From the NCBI GenBank assembly GCA_965223325.1, contig CBDCWI010000002.1, forward strand, positions 192,001 to 256,000: a DNA stretch of 64,000 nt, read 5' to 3'. Under the pieces are notes generated by a model. That model made no database searches. It worked only from the letters and a program-made list of their open reading frames with translations, and was not told the DNA's origin. Below, in pieces: positions 36,930 through 47,420 of this stretch. Within the stretch, counting starts at the first letter, position 1, and every line of letters starts with the position of its first letter. The translations under genes and the position numbers were made by a program. Source of the DNA: Candidatus Multivoradales bacterium (GTDB taxonomy: Bacteria > Acidobacteriota > Thermoanaerobaculia > Multivoradales > Multivoraceae).

Positions 36930-38006
36930 ATGCGAAACCGCGAAGCACCGTCACCGATCGACGTGCCCTCCTTCTTTCGACCGGACGAGGTGGGTGCCTG
37001 GAGCTATCGAGGGGACCTCCCAACGATCGAGGCCTGGGTGCAGGACCGCTTGGGAGAGCAGGCTGGTCTGCCGGCGGCACGAGCAGGCGGCGGAAGAGTG
37101 GCTCTCCTGCTGATCGATATGCAGCGCGACTTCTGCTCACCAGAGGGCAGCCTCTTTGTCGCCGGGCCTGGTGGGAACGGAGCGGTGGAAGACACCCGTC
37201 GTCTGGTGCCTTGGACCTATCGCAACCTGGCAGCGATCGATCGCGTCTTCTGCACCCTCGATAGCCACACTCCCCACCAGATCTTCCATCCGGCGTTCTG
37301 GCGCGATCGCTCGGGCCGGCCGCCCGAGCCGTTTACCGTCATCAGTAGCGCGGCACTCTGCGGCGGGGAGTTCACCCCGCTCGCCTTTCCACCCATCGGG
37401 CCTGAGCTTCCGACCGACGACCCCGACTGGCTCGAGCGCCAGTGCCTCGACTACTGCCGGCGCCTGGAGGCCGGCGGGCGCCACCAACTGACCATCTGGC
37501 CGTACCACTGTCTCCTGGGGAGCTCGGGCCACAGCCTCGACGGTGCGTTGCACGAAGTACTGACCGCCTGGGAACTCCTGTCTGGCACATCGGTCGAGTG
37601 GTGGCCCAAGGGAAGCCACCCACTGACCGAGCGCTACTCGGCGCTCGGTCCGGAAGTCGTCCGGTCCGCAGACGGAGTACCCCTCGACCAGGACGAGGCG
37701 ACGACTCGGCTCGCACGACTTCTAGAAGCCGAAACGCTGGTGGTTGCCGGTCAGGCCTCCAGTCACTGCGTGCGCGCGACGCTCGAAGATCTCGTCGATC
37801 GGGCCGCCGACTGTGACGCCTCTCCCGAGATCGTGGCGCTCAAAGACTGCATGTCTCCCGTGTACGTGCATTCGGCCGACCCCACGCTCCTGGTCGATCA
37901 CAGCGAAGAAACCCAGGCCGCTTTCGAGCGCCTCGAGGCCCGCGGGGTGCGCTTCGCGTCGAGCGCGACCTACTCGCTGGTCGCGGGTTCCGGGCGCACC
38001 GACTGA
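36930..38006 (+). CDS. Nicotinamidase/isochorismatase-family cysteine hydrolase
   Basis: IDMQRDFC, TLDSH..HQIFH, IWPYHC, KG and GQASSHCV motifs. The start lies between 36900 and 36930. Confidence 0.85.
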   Translation: MRNREAPSPIDVPSFFRPDEVGAWSYRGDLPTIEAWVQDRLGEQAGLPAARAGGGRVALLLIDMQRDFCSPEGSLFVAGPGGNGAVEDTRRLVPWTYRNLAAIDRVFCTLDSHTPHQIFHPAFWRDRSGRPPEPFTVISSAALCGGEFTPLAFPPIGPELPTDDPDWLERQCLDYCRRLEAGGRHQLTIWPYHCLLGSSGHSLDGALHEVLTAWELLSGTSVEWWPKGSHPLTERYSALGPEVVRSADGVPLDQDEATTRLARLLEAETLVVAGQASSHCVRATLEDLVDRAADCDASPEIVALKDCMSPVYVHSADPTLLVDHSEETQAAFERLEARGVRFASSATYSLVAGSGRTD

Positions 38007-38013
38007 GGTTTTC

Positions 38014-40080
38014 TCAGGGAACGTTCCGTTCGAGCTCGTCCAACCAGGCCCGAGCGCTGGCGTCACTCGGCGCTCGCCAGTCGCCACGAGGTGAGAGCGA
38101 GCCCCCCGAGCCCACCTTGGGTCCGTTGGGCATCGCGCTGCGCTTGAACTGGCTGAACTCGAAGAACCGGCGCAGGAAGACCGCCAGCCAGTGTTTGATC
38201 GCCGGAAGGTCGAACGCTCGCCGGTCGTCGGCGGCAACCGTGGCCGGCCAGGCACCGCTCTCGGCGTCGCGCCACGCCTGCCACGCCAGGTAGGCGACTT
38301 TGCTCGGTCGGTAGCCGAAACGACTGGTGTAGTAGAGGTGAAAATCCTGCAGCGCGTAGGGCCCGACCACTGCCTCGGTGCTCTGCGTCGCTTCACCGTC
38401 CGCACCGGCGGGCACCAGTTCGGGGGTGATCTCGGTGGCGAGGATCTCGGTTAGAACGGCACGTGTCTCTTCGTCGAAGCGCTCGGTCTTGATGACCCAG
38501 CCGATCAGGTGTTGGATGAGAGTCTTGGGCACCGAGGCGTTGACGTTGTAGTGCGACATGTGGTCGCCGACGCCGTAGGTGCACCAACCCAGCGCCAGTT
38601 CCGACAGATCCCCAGTACCGACCACCAGCGCCCGGTGCATATTGGCGAGCCGAAACAAGTGCGAGGTGCGCTCACCGGCCTGGACGTTCTCAAAGGTCAC
38701 GTCGTGCGCCGGTTCGCCGGCAATGAACGGATGCTCCAGATCCTCGAGCATCTGTCGACAGGAGGGGCGGATGTCGATCTCCTGCGCGCTCACCCCGAGG
38801 GCCTTCATCAGTCGATGGGCGTTGGACTTCGTACTCTCTGTGGTCGCAAAGCCGGGCATTGTATAGGCCAGCACATTGCGGCGCGAAAGCCCGAGAGTCT
38901 CGAGTGCGCGTACCGCGATGACCAGGGCGTGGGTCGAATCGAGGCCACCGGAGATGCCGATCACCAGCTTTTCGATACCGGTTGCTTCGAGGCGTTGGGT
39001 CAAGCCGCGGATCTGGATGCGATAGGCGTCGGTGCAACGCTGGTCGAGCTCCGCTTCGTCTGCGGGCACATAGGGAAAGCGCTCGATCCGGCGCGCGATG
39101 GCCAGCTTCCCGGCTGGCGGCTCGATCTCGAGCTCGACGCGAGGGGCCAGCATCAACTGGTCGCGGTAGCGCTCGACGGTGTCGTTCCAGCTGGTCAACC
39201 GGCTGCGCTCCTGCACGATGCGATCGAGATCGATGTCGCGCACCAGGATCTGCGAGCCTTCAGCGAAACGTTCACTCTCGCCGAGCAGTTCGCCGTACTC
39301 GGCCACCAGGCCATGGGCGTCCCAGGCCAGGTCGGTGGACGACTCACCCGCTCCGGTGCCGGCGTAGAGGTAGGCCGCCACCGTGCGTGCCGATTGTCCG
39401 GTCACCAGAGCGCGCCGGTACTTGGCCTTGTCGATCGTTACGTTGCTTGCCGAGAGATTGAGCAGCACGGTGGCGCCGGAAAGAGCCCCGAAGGTCGACG
39501 GCGGGAGCGGTGTCCACAGGTCTTCACAGAGTTCGACGAAAAAGGTCAGGCCAGGGATCGTGGTGACATCAAAGAGCAGTTCGCTGGTGAAGGGCACCGA
39601 CTCGCCGAGCAGCTCGATGCGATCGTCGAGGGCGGCGACCGACGGCGAGAAGTGGCGTTTCTCGTAGTACTCGCGATAGTTGGGCAGGTAGGACTTCGGG
39701 ACGACGCCCCTCACGCGACCGGCATGCACGATGGCGGCGCAGTTGAAGAGTCGCTGCTCGCTGCGCAGGGGCATCCCGACCGCGAGCGCCGTGCGCAGAC
39801 TCAGTGACGCCTGGGCGACCTCGGACAACGCGGCGAGGCAGCTGTCGAGGAGCGCATCCTGGTGCAGGAGGTCATCGATGGCATAGGACGACAGACCGAG
39901 TTCAGGGAAGACCGCCAGGGCTGCCCCCTGACGATCGGCCTCCTGGGCCAGCTCGATGGTGTTCTTGGCGTTGATCTCCGGGTCCGCGACGCGTACCCGT
40001 GGAATCGCTACGGCGACCCTCGCCATGCCGTGCCGGTAGGGGTTGTCGAATTCGATGCGGTCTTTCCTTGGCGCACTCAT
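38014..40080 (-). CDS. nadE: Glutamine-dependent NAD+ synthetase
   Basis: Nitrilase domain ([23 protein letters not shown]) plus synthetase domain ([27 protein letters not shown]). Confidence 0.96.
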   Translation of the reverse strand: MSAPRKDRIEFDNPYRHGMARVAVAIPRVRVADPEINAKNTIELAQEADRQGAALAVFPELGLSSYAIDDLLHQDALLDSCLAALSEVAQASLSLRTALAVGMPLRSEQRLFNCAAIVHAGRVRGVVPKSYLPNYREYYEKRHFSPSVAALDDRIELLGESVPFTSELLFDVTTIPGLTFFVELCEDLWTPLPPSTFGALSGATVLLNLSASNVTIDKAKYRRALVTGQSARTVAAYLYAGTGAGESSTDLAWDAHGLVAEYGELLGESERFAEGSQILVRDIDLDRIVQERSRLTSWNDTVERYRDQLMLAPRVELEIEPPAGKLAIARRIERFPYVPADEAELDQRCTDAYRIQIRGLTQRLEATGIEKLVIGISGGLDSTHALVIAVRALETLGLSRRNVLAYTMPGFATTESTKSNAHRLMKALGVSAQEIDIRPSCRQMLEDLEHPFIAGEPAHDVTFENVQAGERTSHLFRLANMHRALVVGTGDLSELALGWCTYGVGDHMSHYNVNASVPKTLIQHLIGWVIKTERFDEETRAVLTEILATEITPELVPAGADGEATQSTEAVVGPYALQDFHLYYTSRFGYRPSKVAYLAWQAWRDAESGAWPATVAADDRRAFDLPAIKHWLAVFLRRFFEFSQFKRSAMPNGPKVGSGGSLSPRGDWRAPSDASARAWLDELERNVP

Positions 40081-40213
40081 TGCGCAGGTAGTCTATTGCC
40101 CGGAACAGGTCTACAGCGTCGCACAACAGGAACGGGCCGTCGTGGCCGGGGCCTGTGCATGGCGGCGATGAGCGGTCGCGGTCCGCGGCGGCCTGGAAAG
40201 GACAAAGAAAGCG

Positions 40214-40978
40214 ATGTCGAGATTCGATCTGACCGGTAAGGGTTGCATCGTGACGGGAGGGAACTCCGGTATCGGTCTGGGGTACGCCCACGGCTTAGCC
40301 GAGGCCGGCGCCTCGGTCTGTATCTGGGGGACCAACGAGGAGAAGAACGCCCGTGCCAGGGCCGAGCTCGAGCGCCACGGCACCCGGGTCGAGGCCCTAC
40401 GTGCCGATGTCGGTGACCCGGAGGCGGTGCGTCAGGCATTTGCCACCACGGTCGAAGCTCTCGGCAACGTGCACGCCGTGTTTGCCAACGCCGGCATCGG
40501 TGGCCGCGGGACTCCGTTCGCCGCGATGACGCTCGAGGAATGGCGCGATGTGTTCCGGGTCAACATGGAGGGCGTGTTCACCACCTTCCAGGAGAGTGTG
40601 CGGCACATGATGGTGCACGGCGAGGGTGGCTCGCTGGTCGTCACAAGCAGTCTTTCGGCGCGCGAAGGAGCGCCGCGCTCCGAGCACTACGCGTCGACCA
40701 AAGCGGGGGTCATCGCGATGGTCCGCGGGCTGGCGGTCGAGCATGCTCGGCATGGCATTCGCGCCAACGCCATCTTGCCCGGCTGGATTGAAACCGCGAT
40801 GACCGACAAGGCGATTCACAACGAGGTCTTCCAGAAGAAGGTCCTGCCGCGCATTCCTGTTCGGCGGTGGGGTACTGGCGACGACTTTGCCGGCGTTGCC
40901 GTCTACCTGGCGAGTGATGCGAGTAGCTACCACACCGGCGACGCCCTCCTGATCGATGGAGGTTACGCCTGTTTCTGA
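40214..40978 (+). CDS. SDR family NAD(P)-dependent oxidoreductase
   Basis: TGGNSGIG, ANAG, YASTK, NAILPG and IDGG motifs. Confidence 0.93.
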   Translation: MSRFDLTGKGCIVTGGNSGIGLGYAHGLAEAGASVCIWGTNEEKNARARAELERHGTRVEALRADVGDPEAVRQAFATTVEALGNVHAVFANAGIGGRGTPFAAMTLEEWRDVFRVNMEGVFTTFQESVRHMMVHGEGGSLVVTSSLSAREGAPRSEHYASTKAGVIAMVRGLAVEHARHGIRANAILPGWIETAMTDKAIHNEVFQKKVLPRIPVRRWGTGDDFAGVAVYLASDASSYHTGDALLIDGGYACF

Positions 40979-41031
40979 TTCGAGTGCGACCCGTGGTTCT
41001 CGGCCTTTGCGCCACTGCCAGACGGGGCTCA

Positions 41032-41490
41032 CTACTTCTCTCCCGCCAGTTCCTTGAACAACTCGGTTAGCTCGCCGGGGATTCGGCAGGGGCTTTTGTC
41101 TCCGGCGCGTACCCAGAGGTGTTCAGTGACGCCGGTGACCAGTGTTTCGTTGCCCAGCGTGACGCGGTAACCGAAGTGGAGGATGCGGCTCATGTAACGG
41201 TCGACCCAGGCGCTGACGGTGGGGGTGTCACCGTAGGTGGCGCCGCCTCGGTACTCGACGTGGGCGCCGGTCACCATCAGCCATACGCCGAGCTCGTCCT
41301 CGATGCGGGCGTAGGGCCACGGGGTGGTGGCACACAGAGCGGTACGCGCGGCTTCGAACCAGATCAGGTAATTGGCGTGATGGACGACGCCCATGCGATC
41401 GGTTTCGGCGTAGCGAACTTCGAGATCGAGGTCGTAGACGCGGGCTCCGCTCTCGGAGGGGTCACCCGGTCGGCCGGGCCGCTTGTTCAT
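41032..41490 (-). CDS. Acyl-CoA thioesterase (YbgC/FadM hot-dog family)
   Basis: VRYAETDRMGVVHHANYLIWFEAAR motif. Confidence 0.92.
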   Translation of the reverse strand: MNKRPGRPGDPSESGARVYDLDLEVRYAETDRMGVVHHANYLIWFEAARTALCATTPWPYARIEDELGVWLMVTGAHVEYRGGATYGDTPTVSAWVDRYMSRILHFGYRVTLGNETLVTGVTEHLWVRAGDKSPCRIPGELTELFKELAGEK

Positions 41491-42248
41491 GGGTCTCTCT
41501 CGGGTCGGGTGTCGGGGAGCTGGGGGTCGAGGCGGGCGAAGCTGTAGCGGAACACAGTCCAGAGGATCTTGTAGCCAGCTCGCAAGGTGCCCTGGATGGT
41601 ACCGGTGATCTTGGAGACGCCTACGCGGCGACGGTAACTCACCGGCACCTCGGCGACGCGTAGACCGTGCTGGAGCGCTTTGACTTGCATCTCAGCGGTC
41701 CAGCCGAAGTCGGGGTCGCTCATCTGGAGGCGTTCGAGTGCCGGCCAGGTGACGGCGCGAAACGGGCCGAGGTCGCTATAGCGATGACCGTAGAGGAGCC
41801 GGATCAAGAGGCAGGCGACGACGTTGCCGATGCGCGCCTGGGGCAACAAGGCGCCGGGTTCGCGCTTTCCGAGGACCCGCGAGCCGATGACGAGGTCGGC
41901 AAGCCCGGCGAGCAGGGGTGCCACGACTCGCGGCAGTTCTTCGGGGTGATCGGAACGGTCAGCGTCGACGAACACGACCACGTCGGGAGGATCCGCGGCG
42001 AGAGTTGCGAGGGCGGTGAGGCAGGCACTGCCATAGCCCTGGCGTGGTGCGGGAACGACCGTCGCTCCAGCTCCTCTGGCCACCTTCGCGGTACCGTCGG
42101 TCGAGTTGTTGTCGGCCACCACGACCTGGCGAACCTGCGGTTCTTCGACCGTCGCCAGGTCAGAGAGGACCATCCCGATCGAGTCCTCCTCGTTCCAGGC
42201 CGGGATCACGACGTCGATGACGACGGGGAGGGGAAGGGGATCGGGCAT
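41487..42248 (-). CDS. Glycosyltransferase family 2
   Basis: VIPAWNEE, DNNSTD, GYGSAC, DAD, DLGPFRA and SKITGT motifs. Confidence 0.92.
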   Translation of the reverse strand: MPDPLPLPVVIDVVIPAWNEEDSIGMVLSDLATVEEPQVRQVVVADNNSTDGTAKVARGAGATVVPAPRQGYGSACLTALATLAADPPDVVVFVDADRSDHPEELPRVVAPLLAGLADLVIGSRVLGKREPGALLPQARIGNVVACLLIRLLYGHRYSDLGPFRAVTWPALERLQMSDPDFGWTAEMQVKALQHGLRVAEVPVSYRRRVGVSKITGTIQGTLRAGYKILWTVFRYSFARLDPQLPDTRPERDP

Positions 42249-42332
42249 GATGATGGGACTGTAGCGCTCGCGTTGACTGGTTTCGAACGCCCGCGTAGGA
42301 GCAACGCCGCGGGCCCTTTGCTATCAGGGAGT

Positions 42333-42341
42333 TGCTACACT
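42333..42341 (+). promoter_or_regulatory. Candidate extended -10 promoter for the gamma-CA-hisS-aspS-aroB operon
   Basis: TG-C-TACACT in the divergent intergenic region. Confidence 0.3.
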
Positions 42342-42472
42342 GCGTTCCCTTTTGTACTCGCGATGGGACGGCTCTTTCCGAGAGGTCCTCCAAGCGTTCG
42401 TAGTGCACGAGGAGACCTTGTCTCGACCCCATCTTTCCCTTCCGGCCCCCGAAGCATCCTGGATTCCCCGTC

Positions 42473-43015
42473 ATGCCGATTCAAGCCATTCGCGGCAAGG
42501 TCCCGCGCCTCGGTGAGCGGGTGTTTCTCGCTCCGGGAGCCTGGGTGATCGGCGACGTGAGCCTCGGCGACGACGTGTCCTTCTGGTTTCAAACCGCCGC
42601 CCGGGGCGACGTGCAGTCCATCACCATCGGGGCGCGTTGCAACATTCAAGACGGCAGCATCCTTCACGTGACCCACGACACCCACCCCCTCGTCCTCGGT
42701 GACGACGTCGTCATCGGCCACTCGTCTGTGGTGCACGGCTGTACGGTCATGGACCGCGCGCTGGTTGGCATTGGTGCCACGGTGCTCGACGGCGCGATCA
42801 TCGAGGAGGGTGCTCAGATCGCTGCCGGTGCCCTGGTGACGCCGGGAAAGGTGATTCCTGCCGGTTGGTTGGCGCTCGGTGTGCCGGCCCGTCCGGTTCG
42901 CGAGCTGACGCCAGAAGAACGAGAAGCGAACGCCGCGATCAGCCAGCGTTACGTGGCTCTCCAGGCGGAGTATCGCGCGCAGATGGGTGCCGGAACCGCA
43001 GTGGGTGCGTGCTGA
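42473..43015 (+). CDS. Gamma carbonic anhydrase family protein (YrdA-like)
   Basis: Hexapeptide repeats with RGD, NIQD, LHV, IGH and VHGC. Confidence 0.93.
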   Translation: MPIQAIRGKVPRLGERVFLAPGAWVIGDVSLGDDVSFWFQTAARGDVQSITIGARCNIQDGSILHVTHDTHPLVLGDDVVIGHSSVVHGCTVMDRALVGIGATVLDGAIIEEGAQIAAGALVTPGKVIPAGWLALGVPARPVRELTPEEREANAAISQRYVALQAEYRAQMGAGTAVGAC

Positions 43016-44283
43016 TGGCCAAGCATCTCGCATCGCCCAAAGGGACGCGCGACCTGCTGCCCGCCGAGACGACGGTCTGGGCCGGTGTGGAGGCCATCGC
43101 CCGCCGCATCTTTTCGAGCTACGGCTTCGGCGAGATCCGAACTCCGATCTTCGAGTCGACCGAGCTTTTCGTGCGCGGGGTGGGAGAGTCGACCGACATT
43201 GTCGGCAAGGAGATGTACACCTTCCCCGACAAGAAGGGGCGCAGCCTGACGCTTCGCCCCGAGAGCACCGCTGCGGTCGCTCGTGCGGTCGTCGAGCACC
43301 GGCTCTTCGAGGGCGCATCACCGCTCAAGCTCTTCTACCTCGGCCCGCAGTTTCGCTACGAACGGCCCCAGCGCGGGCGTTACCGCCAGTTCTCGCAGAT
43401 CGGCGCCGAGATCTTCGGCGATCGGGGCCCGCTCGTCGATGCCGAGCTGCTCTTGATGTTGGTGCGCTTTCTCGAGGCGCTCGGCTTCTCGAACCTCAGG
43501 GTCGAGCTCAATACGGTCGGTGACCCTCAGTCCCGCGGTGCCTTCGGCAACGCCTTGCGTAGCGCCCTCGAGCCGCACGCGAGCGAGCTCGGGGAAGACA
43601 GCCTGAGGCGCCTCCAGACCAATCCCCTGCGCATTCTCGACACCAAAGACGAGAACGAGCAGAAGCTCCTGCCGGGCCTTCCCAGGCTCGAGGACTTCCT
43701 GAGCGACGAGAGTCGGGAGCACTTCGAAGGGGTATGTTCCGAGCTCGATCGGTTCGCGGTCGACTATCGCGTCGACGACCGGCTGGTTCGCGGTCTCGAC
43801 TACTACACGCGGACGGTGTTCGAGATCGTCTCTCCCGACCTCGGTGCCCACAACGCGATTCTCGGCGGCGGTCGCTACGACGGTCTGGTCGAGCTGCTCG
43901 GTGGACCGGCGTTGCCTGGCATTGGCTTTGCGATTGGCCAGGACCGGCTCGTTGAGATCCTGCCACCTACAACCCGCGAGGAGCTCGCAGCTGGGCCTCC
44001 CATCAGTCTGGTGGCGATTGGGGACGTAGAACGCTCTTTGTTGCTCGAGCTCGCCGAAACCCTGCGTGACGCCGGCCTTGCGGTCGTCGCCGAACTCAGC
44101 GATCGTTCGATGAAGGCGGCGCTCAAGCAGGCCAACCGTCGCAACAGTCGTTTGGTTCTCTTGGTGGGCGAGAAAGAGCTCGACGACCAGACCGTGACCA
44201 TCAAGAACTTCGAGACCGGCAAACAGCGAACCGTTGCACGCGCCGATCTCATCGATCACCTACTGGGCGGCTCATCCGCCTGA
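43015..44283 (+). CDS. hisS: Histidine-tRNA ligase
   Basis: KGTRD, KEMY, LRPE.TA, FRYERPQRGRYRQF, LVRGLDYY and GGGRYD motifs. Confidence 0.97.
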   Translation: MAKHLASPKGTRDLLPAETTVWAGVEAIARRIFSSYGFGEIRTPIFESTELFVRGVGESTDIVGKEMYTFPDKKGRSLTLRPESTAAVARAVVEHRLFEGASPLKLFYLGPQFRYERPQRGRYRQFSQIGAEIFGDRGPLVDAELLLMLVRFLEALGFSNLRVELNTVGDPQSRGAFGNALRSALEPHASELGEDSLRRLQTNPLRILDTKDENEQKLLPGLPRLEDFLSDESREHFEGVCSELDRFAVDYRVDDRLVRGLDYYTRTVFEIVSPDLGAHNAILGGGRYDGLVELLGGPALPGIGFAIGQDRLVEILPPTTREELAAGPPISLVAIGDVERSLLLELAETLRDAGLAVVAELSDRSMKAALKQANRRNSRLVLLVGEKELDDQTVTIKNFETGKQRTVARADLIDHLLGGSSA

Positions 44284-44323
44284 AAGACATAGGGAGTGCC
44301 AGAGGGCTCTCCAGGAGCAAAGC

Positions 44324-46099
44324 ATGAAGAGGCGAGGCGCCGGGACTCTCGGCACGGCAGACGCGGGTACTAAGGTCCATCTCGAGGGTTGGATCCATCG
44401 CCGCCGCGATCTTGGCGGTGTGACCTTCCTCGAGGTGCGTGATCGCAGCGGCATTGTGCAGGTGGTCGTGCGGCCCGAAGACGCCGGCGAGGCAGCGACG
44501 GTGCTCGACCCGGTGCGCCAGGAGTGGGTGGTCGCGATTGATGGGGAAGTGGCAGAACGTTCCGCCGAAACCCGCAATGACAAGATCGCCACCGGGGCGA
44601 TCGAGGTGGTGGCGCGCCAGGCCCAGGTGCTGTCACGGGCCGAACCTCTGCCCTTCAGTGTGCGTGGCGACGGCGACGATGCCAACGAAGAGACGCGACT
44701 CAAATATCGTTTTCTCGATCTGCGGCGCTCCCGCCTCCAGGAAACTCTGGCGCTGCGCAGTCGGGTGACCATCGAAACGCTGCGCTATCTCGAGGAGGAG
44801 GGCTTCCTCAACATCGAGACGCCGATTCTCACCCGCTCGACGCCCGAGGGCGCGCGTGACTATCTGGTGCCGAGCCGGGTTCATCCGGGAAAGTTCTTCG
44901 CCCTGCCGCAGTCACCGCAGATCTTCAAGCAGATTCTGATGGTCGCCGGTTATGAGCGCTACGTGCAGGTTGCGCGTTGCTTTCGCGACGAGGATCTGCG
45001 CGCCGATCGCCAGCCAGAGTTCACCCAGTTCGACCTCGAGATGGCGTTCGTCGACGAGGAGGGCATCTACGGGTTGATCGAGGGGCTCTACCAACGTCTC
45101 TTTGCCCTGATCGATGTCGAGATCGAAACGCCCTTCCCGCGCTTGTCCTATGCCGAGGCGATGCTGCGCTATGGCTCCGACAAGCCCGACCTGCGCTGTG
45201 ACCTCGAGATCTGTGACCTCACAGAGGAGATGACGGGCTCGAGCTTTCGGGTCTTCGAGAAGACCATCGCAACGGAAGGCGTCATCCGCGGCTTGCGGGT
45301 CCCCGGGGCCGGCAGCGCCAGTCGTAAGATGATCGACGGCTACTCCGAGCTCGCCCAGCGTCACGGTGCCGGCGGGGCACTCAAGATGACCTGCGAGTCG
45401 GGGCAGGCGGTGTTTCAGGTCAAGGGCGTGCTTTCCGATGAACAGCTCGAGGCCTGTCGCCAGAAACTCGGCCTCGAAGACGGTGACCTGGCATTGATCG
45501 TCGCCGCCGGAGCACCGACCGCGGCAGCCTCCCTGGGTGCTCTGCGGCTCGAGCTCGCTCGCGAGCATGGCCTCCTCTCTGAGGACGAGCGGCGCTTCCT
45601 ATGGGTGCAGGACTTCCCGCTCTTCGAGTGGAGTCCGGAGAACGGGCATTGGACCTCGCTTCATCATCCGTTCACCGCGCCGCAACCCGAAGACATAGGG
45701 TTGTTGGCCGAGTCGCCAGGGAAAGTGCGTTCGCGCGCCTACGACATCGTGCTCAACGGTTTCGAGATCGGCGGTGGTTCGATTCGTATCCATGACTCTG
45801 AGATTCAAGCGCAGGTCTTCGAGTGCCTGGGGATCGAGAAGGAGGAGGCCGAAGAGCGTTTCGGGTTCCTCCTCGAGGCCCTGCGCTACGGAGCTCCGCC
45901 TCACGGCGGCATCGCGCTCGGAGTCGATCGTCTGATCATGCTGATGATGGGAGCAAGCTCGTTGCGCGATGTCATCGCGTTTCCAAAGACCGCCTCGGCC
46001 CTGTGTCTGATGACCGAAGCGCCGTCGGCGGTCGACGAAGAGCAGCTCCAGGAACTCGGCGTGCGCGTGCGCTTGCGACCCGGCGGTGGGGCAGGCTGA
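44324..46099 (+). CDS. aspS: Aspartate-tRNA ligase
   Basis: RRRDLGG, STPEGARDY, LPQSPQ, FRDEDLRADRQPEF, HHPF and PPHGG motifs. Confidence 0.97.
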   Translation: MKRRGAGTLGTADAGTKVHLEGWIHRRRDLGGVTFLEVRDRSGIVQVVVRPEDAGEAATVLDPVRQEWVVAIDGEVAERSAETRNDKIATGAIEVVARQAQVLSRAEPLPFSVRGDGDDANEETRLKYRFLDLRRSRLQETLALRSRVTIETLRYLEEEGFLNIETPILTRSTPEGARDYLVPSRVHPGKFFALPQSPQIFKQILMVAGYERYVQVARCFRDEDLRADRQPEFTQFDLEMAFVDEEGIYGLIEGLYQRLFALIDVEIETPFPRLSYAEAMLRYGSDKPDLRCDLEICDLTEEMTGSSFRVFEKTIATEGVIRGLRVPGAGSASRKMIDGYSELAQRHGAGGALKMTCESGQAVFQVKGVLSDEQLEACRQKLGLEDGDLALIVAAGAPTAAASLGALRLELAREHGLLSEDERRFLWVQDFPLFEWSPENGHWTSLHHPFTAPQPEDIGLLAESPGKVRSRAYDIVLNGFEIGGGSIRIHDSEIQAQVFECLGIEKEEAEERFGFLLEALRYGAPPHGGIALGVDRLIMLMMGASSLRDVIAFPKTASALCLMTEAPSAVDEEQLQELGVRVRLRPGGGAG

Positions 46100-46106
46100 A
46101 GCCACC

Positions 46107-47204
46107 ATGGCGACCCTCGAGCTCAGACACGATCGCGGCGTCACTCCGATCGTCGTCGCGCGCTCCCTGCTCGGGAGCGCTGGCCCGCTGGCCGAGGAGT
46201 ACTCACGGCTGTGGGCGGGGCGGCGGGTCTTTCTCGTCAGTACGCCAACGATATCTGCTCTCCACGGCGAAGCCGCGCGGGCGACCTTCGCCGGTGCAGC
46301 TGCTGCGTGTCATGCGCTCGAGGTTCCCGATGGCGAGAGTGCCAAGTCCGCCGAAGTCGCCCTCAATGTGTGGCGACAGCTGCTCGCTGCCGGCGGCAAG
46401 CGCGACAGCGTGATCGTCGCTCTAGGCGGGGGCGCGACCACCGACCTGGCCGGTTTCGTCGCCGCAACCTTTCTGCGCGGAGTCTCGTTCATCCAGATTC
46501 CGAGCACCCTCCTGGCGCAGGTCGACGCCGCGATTGGCGGCAAGACCGGCATCGATCTCGAGGACGGCAAGAACACCGTCGGCGCCTTTCATCAACCAAT
46601 TCTGGTGGCGAGTGACGTCGATCTGCTGACCACGCTGCCGGAGCGCGAGTTTCGTGCCGGTATGGCCGAAGTGATCAAGAAGGCGGCGATTCTCGATCCG
46701 GCGCTCTTCGAACACCTCGAGTCGGTCCTCGAGAGCGTCTTGGCTCATGGTGCCGGGGCCCCCGAGCTGGCTCGTATCGTCGAGCGGGCTGCGGCGGCCA
46801 AGGTGCAGGTCGTCGAGTCCGATCCCTTCGAGGGCGGGCGCCGGAAACTGCTCAACTTCGGCCACACCCTCGCCCACGCCATCGAAACCGAGCTCGGCTA
46901 CCGGAGCCTGCGGCATGGCGAGGCGGTGGCCCATGGCTTGCGCTTTGCCACCCGGTTGGGAGTGCGACTCGGCCTGGGCGCCGCTCTGGCACCCCGTCTC
47001 GAGGCGTTGATTGACCAGCTGGGGCCTCCGGCCTTGCCAGAACTATCGGCCGAGGGACTGCTGGGTGCAATGGCGCGCGACAAGAAGGCTCGTGAGGGGG
47101 GACTGACCTGGGTTCTGGCCGAAGGGCTCGGACAGGGGGTCTTGCGGGCGGTTGATGAAGCCATCGTGGCCGAGGAGCTGGCGGCCTTCTTGGCTGAGAC
47201 ATGA
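46107..47204 (+). CDS. aroB: 3-dehydroquinate synthase
   Basis: PDGE..K, GGGA..DLAGF, TLLAQVDAAIGGKTG, LNFGHT and HGEAV motifs. Confidence 0.95.
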   Translation: MATLELRHDRGVTPIVVARSLLGSAGPLAEEYSRLWAGRRVFLVSTPTISALHGEAARATFAGAAAACHALEVPDGESAKSAEVALNVWRQLLAAGGKRDSVIVALGGGATTDLAGFVAATFLRGVSFIQIPSTLLAQVDAAIGGKTGIDLEDGKNTVGAFHQPILVASDVDLLTTLPEREFRAGMAEVIKKAAILDPALFEHLESVLESVLAHGAGAPELARIVERAAAAKVQVVESDPFEGGRRKLLNFGHTLAHAIETELGYRSLRHGEAVAHGLRFATRLGVRLGLGAALAPRLEALIDQLGPPALPELSAEGLLGAMARDKKAREGGLTWVLAEGLGQGVLRAVDEAIVAEELAAFLAET

Positions 47205-47233
47205 GCGCTCTCCGGTCCCCCGGAAGGCTGGCG

Positions 47234-47282
47234 TAAATTCTTGTATATCTATTGATACTTGAATATGTCTTGAAATATCATC
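47234..47282. promoter_or_regulatory. AT-rich regulatory patch with three CTTG-W(1-2)-ATAT direct repeats
   Basis: CTTGTATAT at 47240, CTTGAATAT at 47258 and CTTGAAATAT at 47269, upstream of the HD-GYP gene. Confidence 0.45.
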
Positions 47283-47420
47283 CACTTGGCGACCTCTGTC
47301 GTAGAAGACAGGCAATGTTCGCTCAATCGATAGGTCATGCTGAACTTGTCGGTTGTTGGTGCGTGCCGATTCGAACGAGTCGATCGCGCGGCTCCTCCTT
47401 TCCCGACGCCAGTACACCAA

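Noticed and set aside
41032-42248. Thioesterase and GT2 as part of the aryl-polyene cluster
   Set aside because: They are separated from the cluster by NAD genes and an SDR, and both look like widespread housekeeping types. A trans role cannot be excluded.
47229-47257. Sigma-54 promoter (TGGCGT...TTGT) or IHF site upstream of the HD-GYP gene
   Set aside because: The GG-to-GC spacing is off by one and the -12 reads GT; the IHF-like match misses the TTR element.
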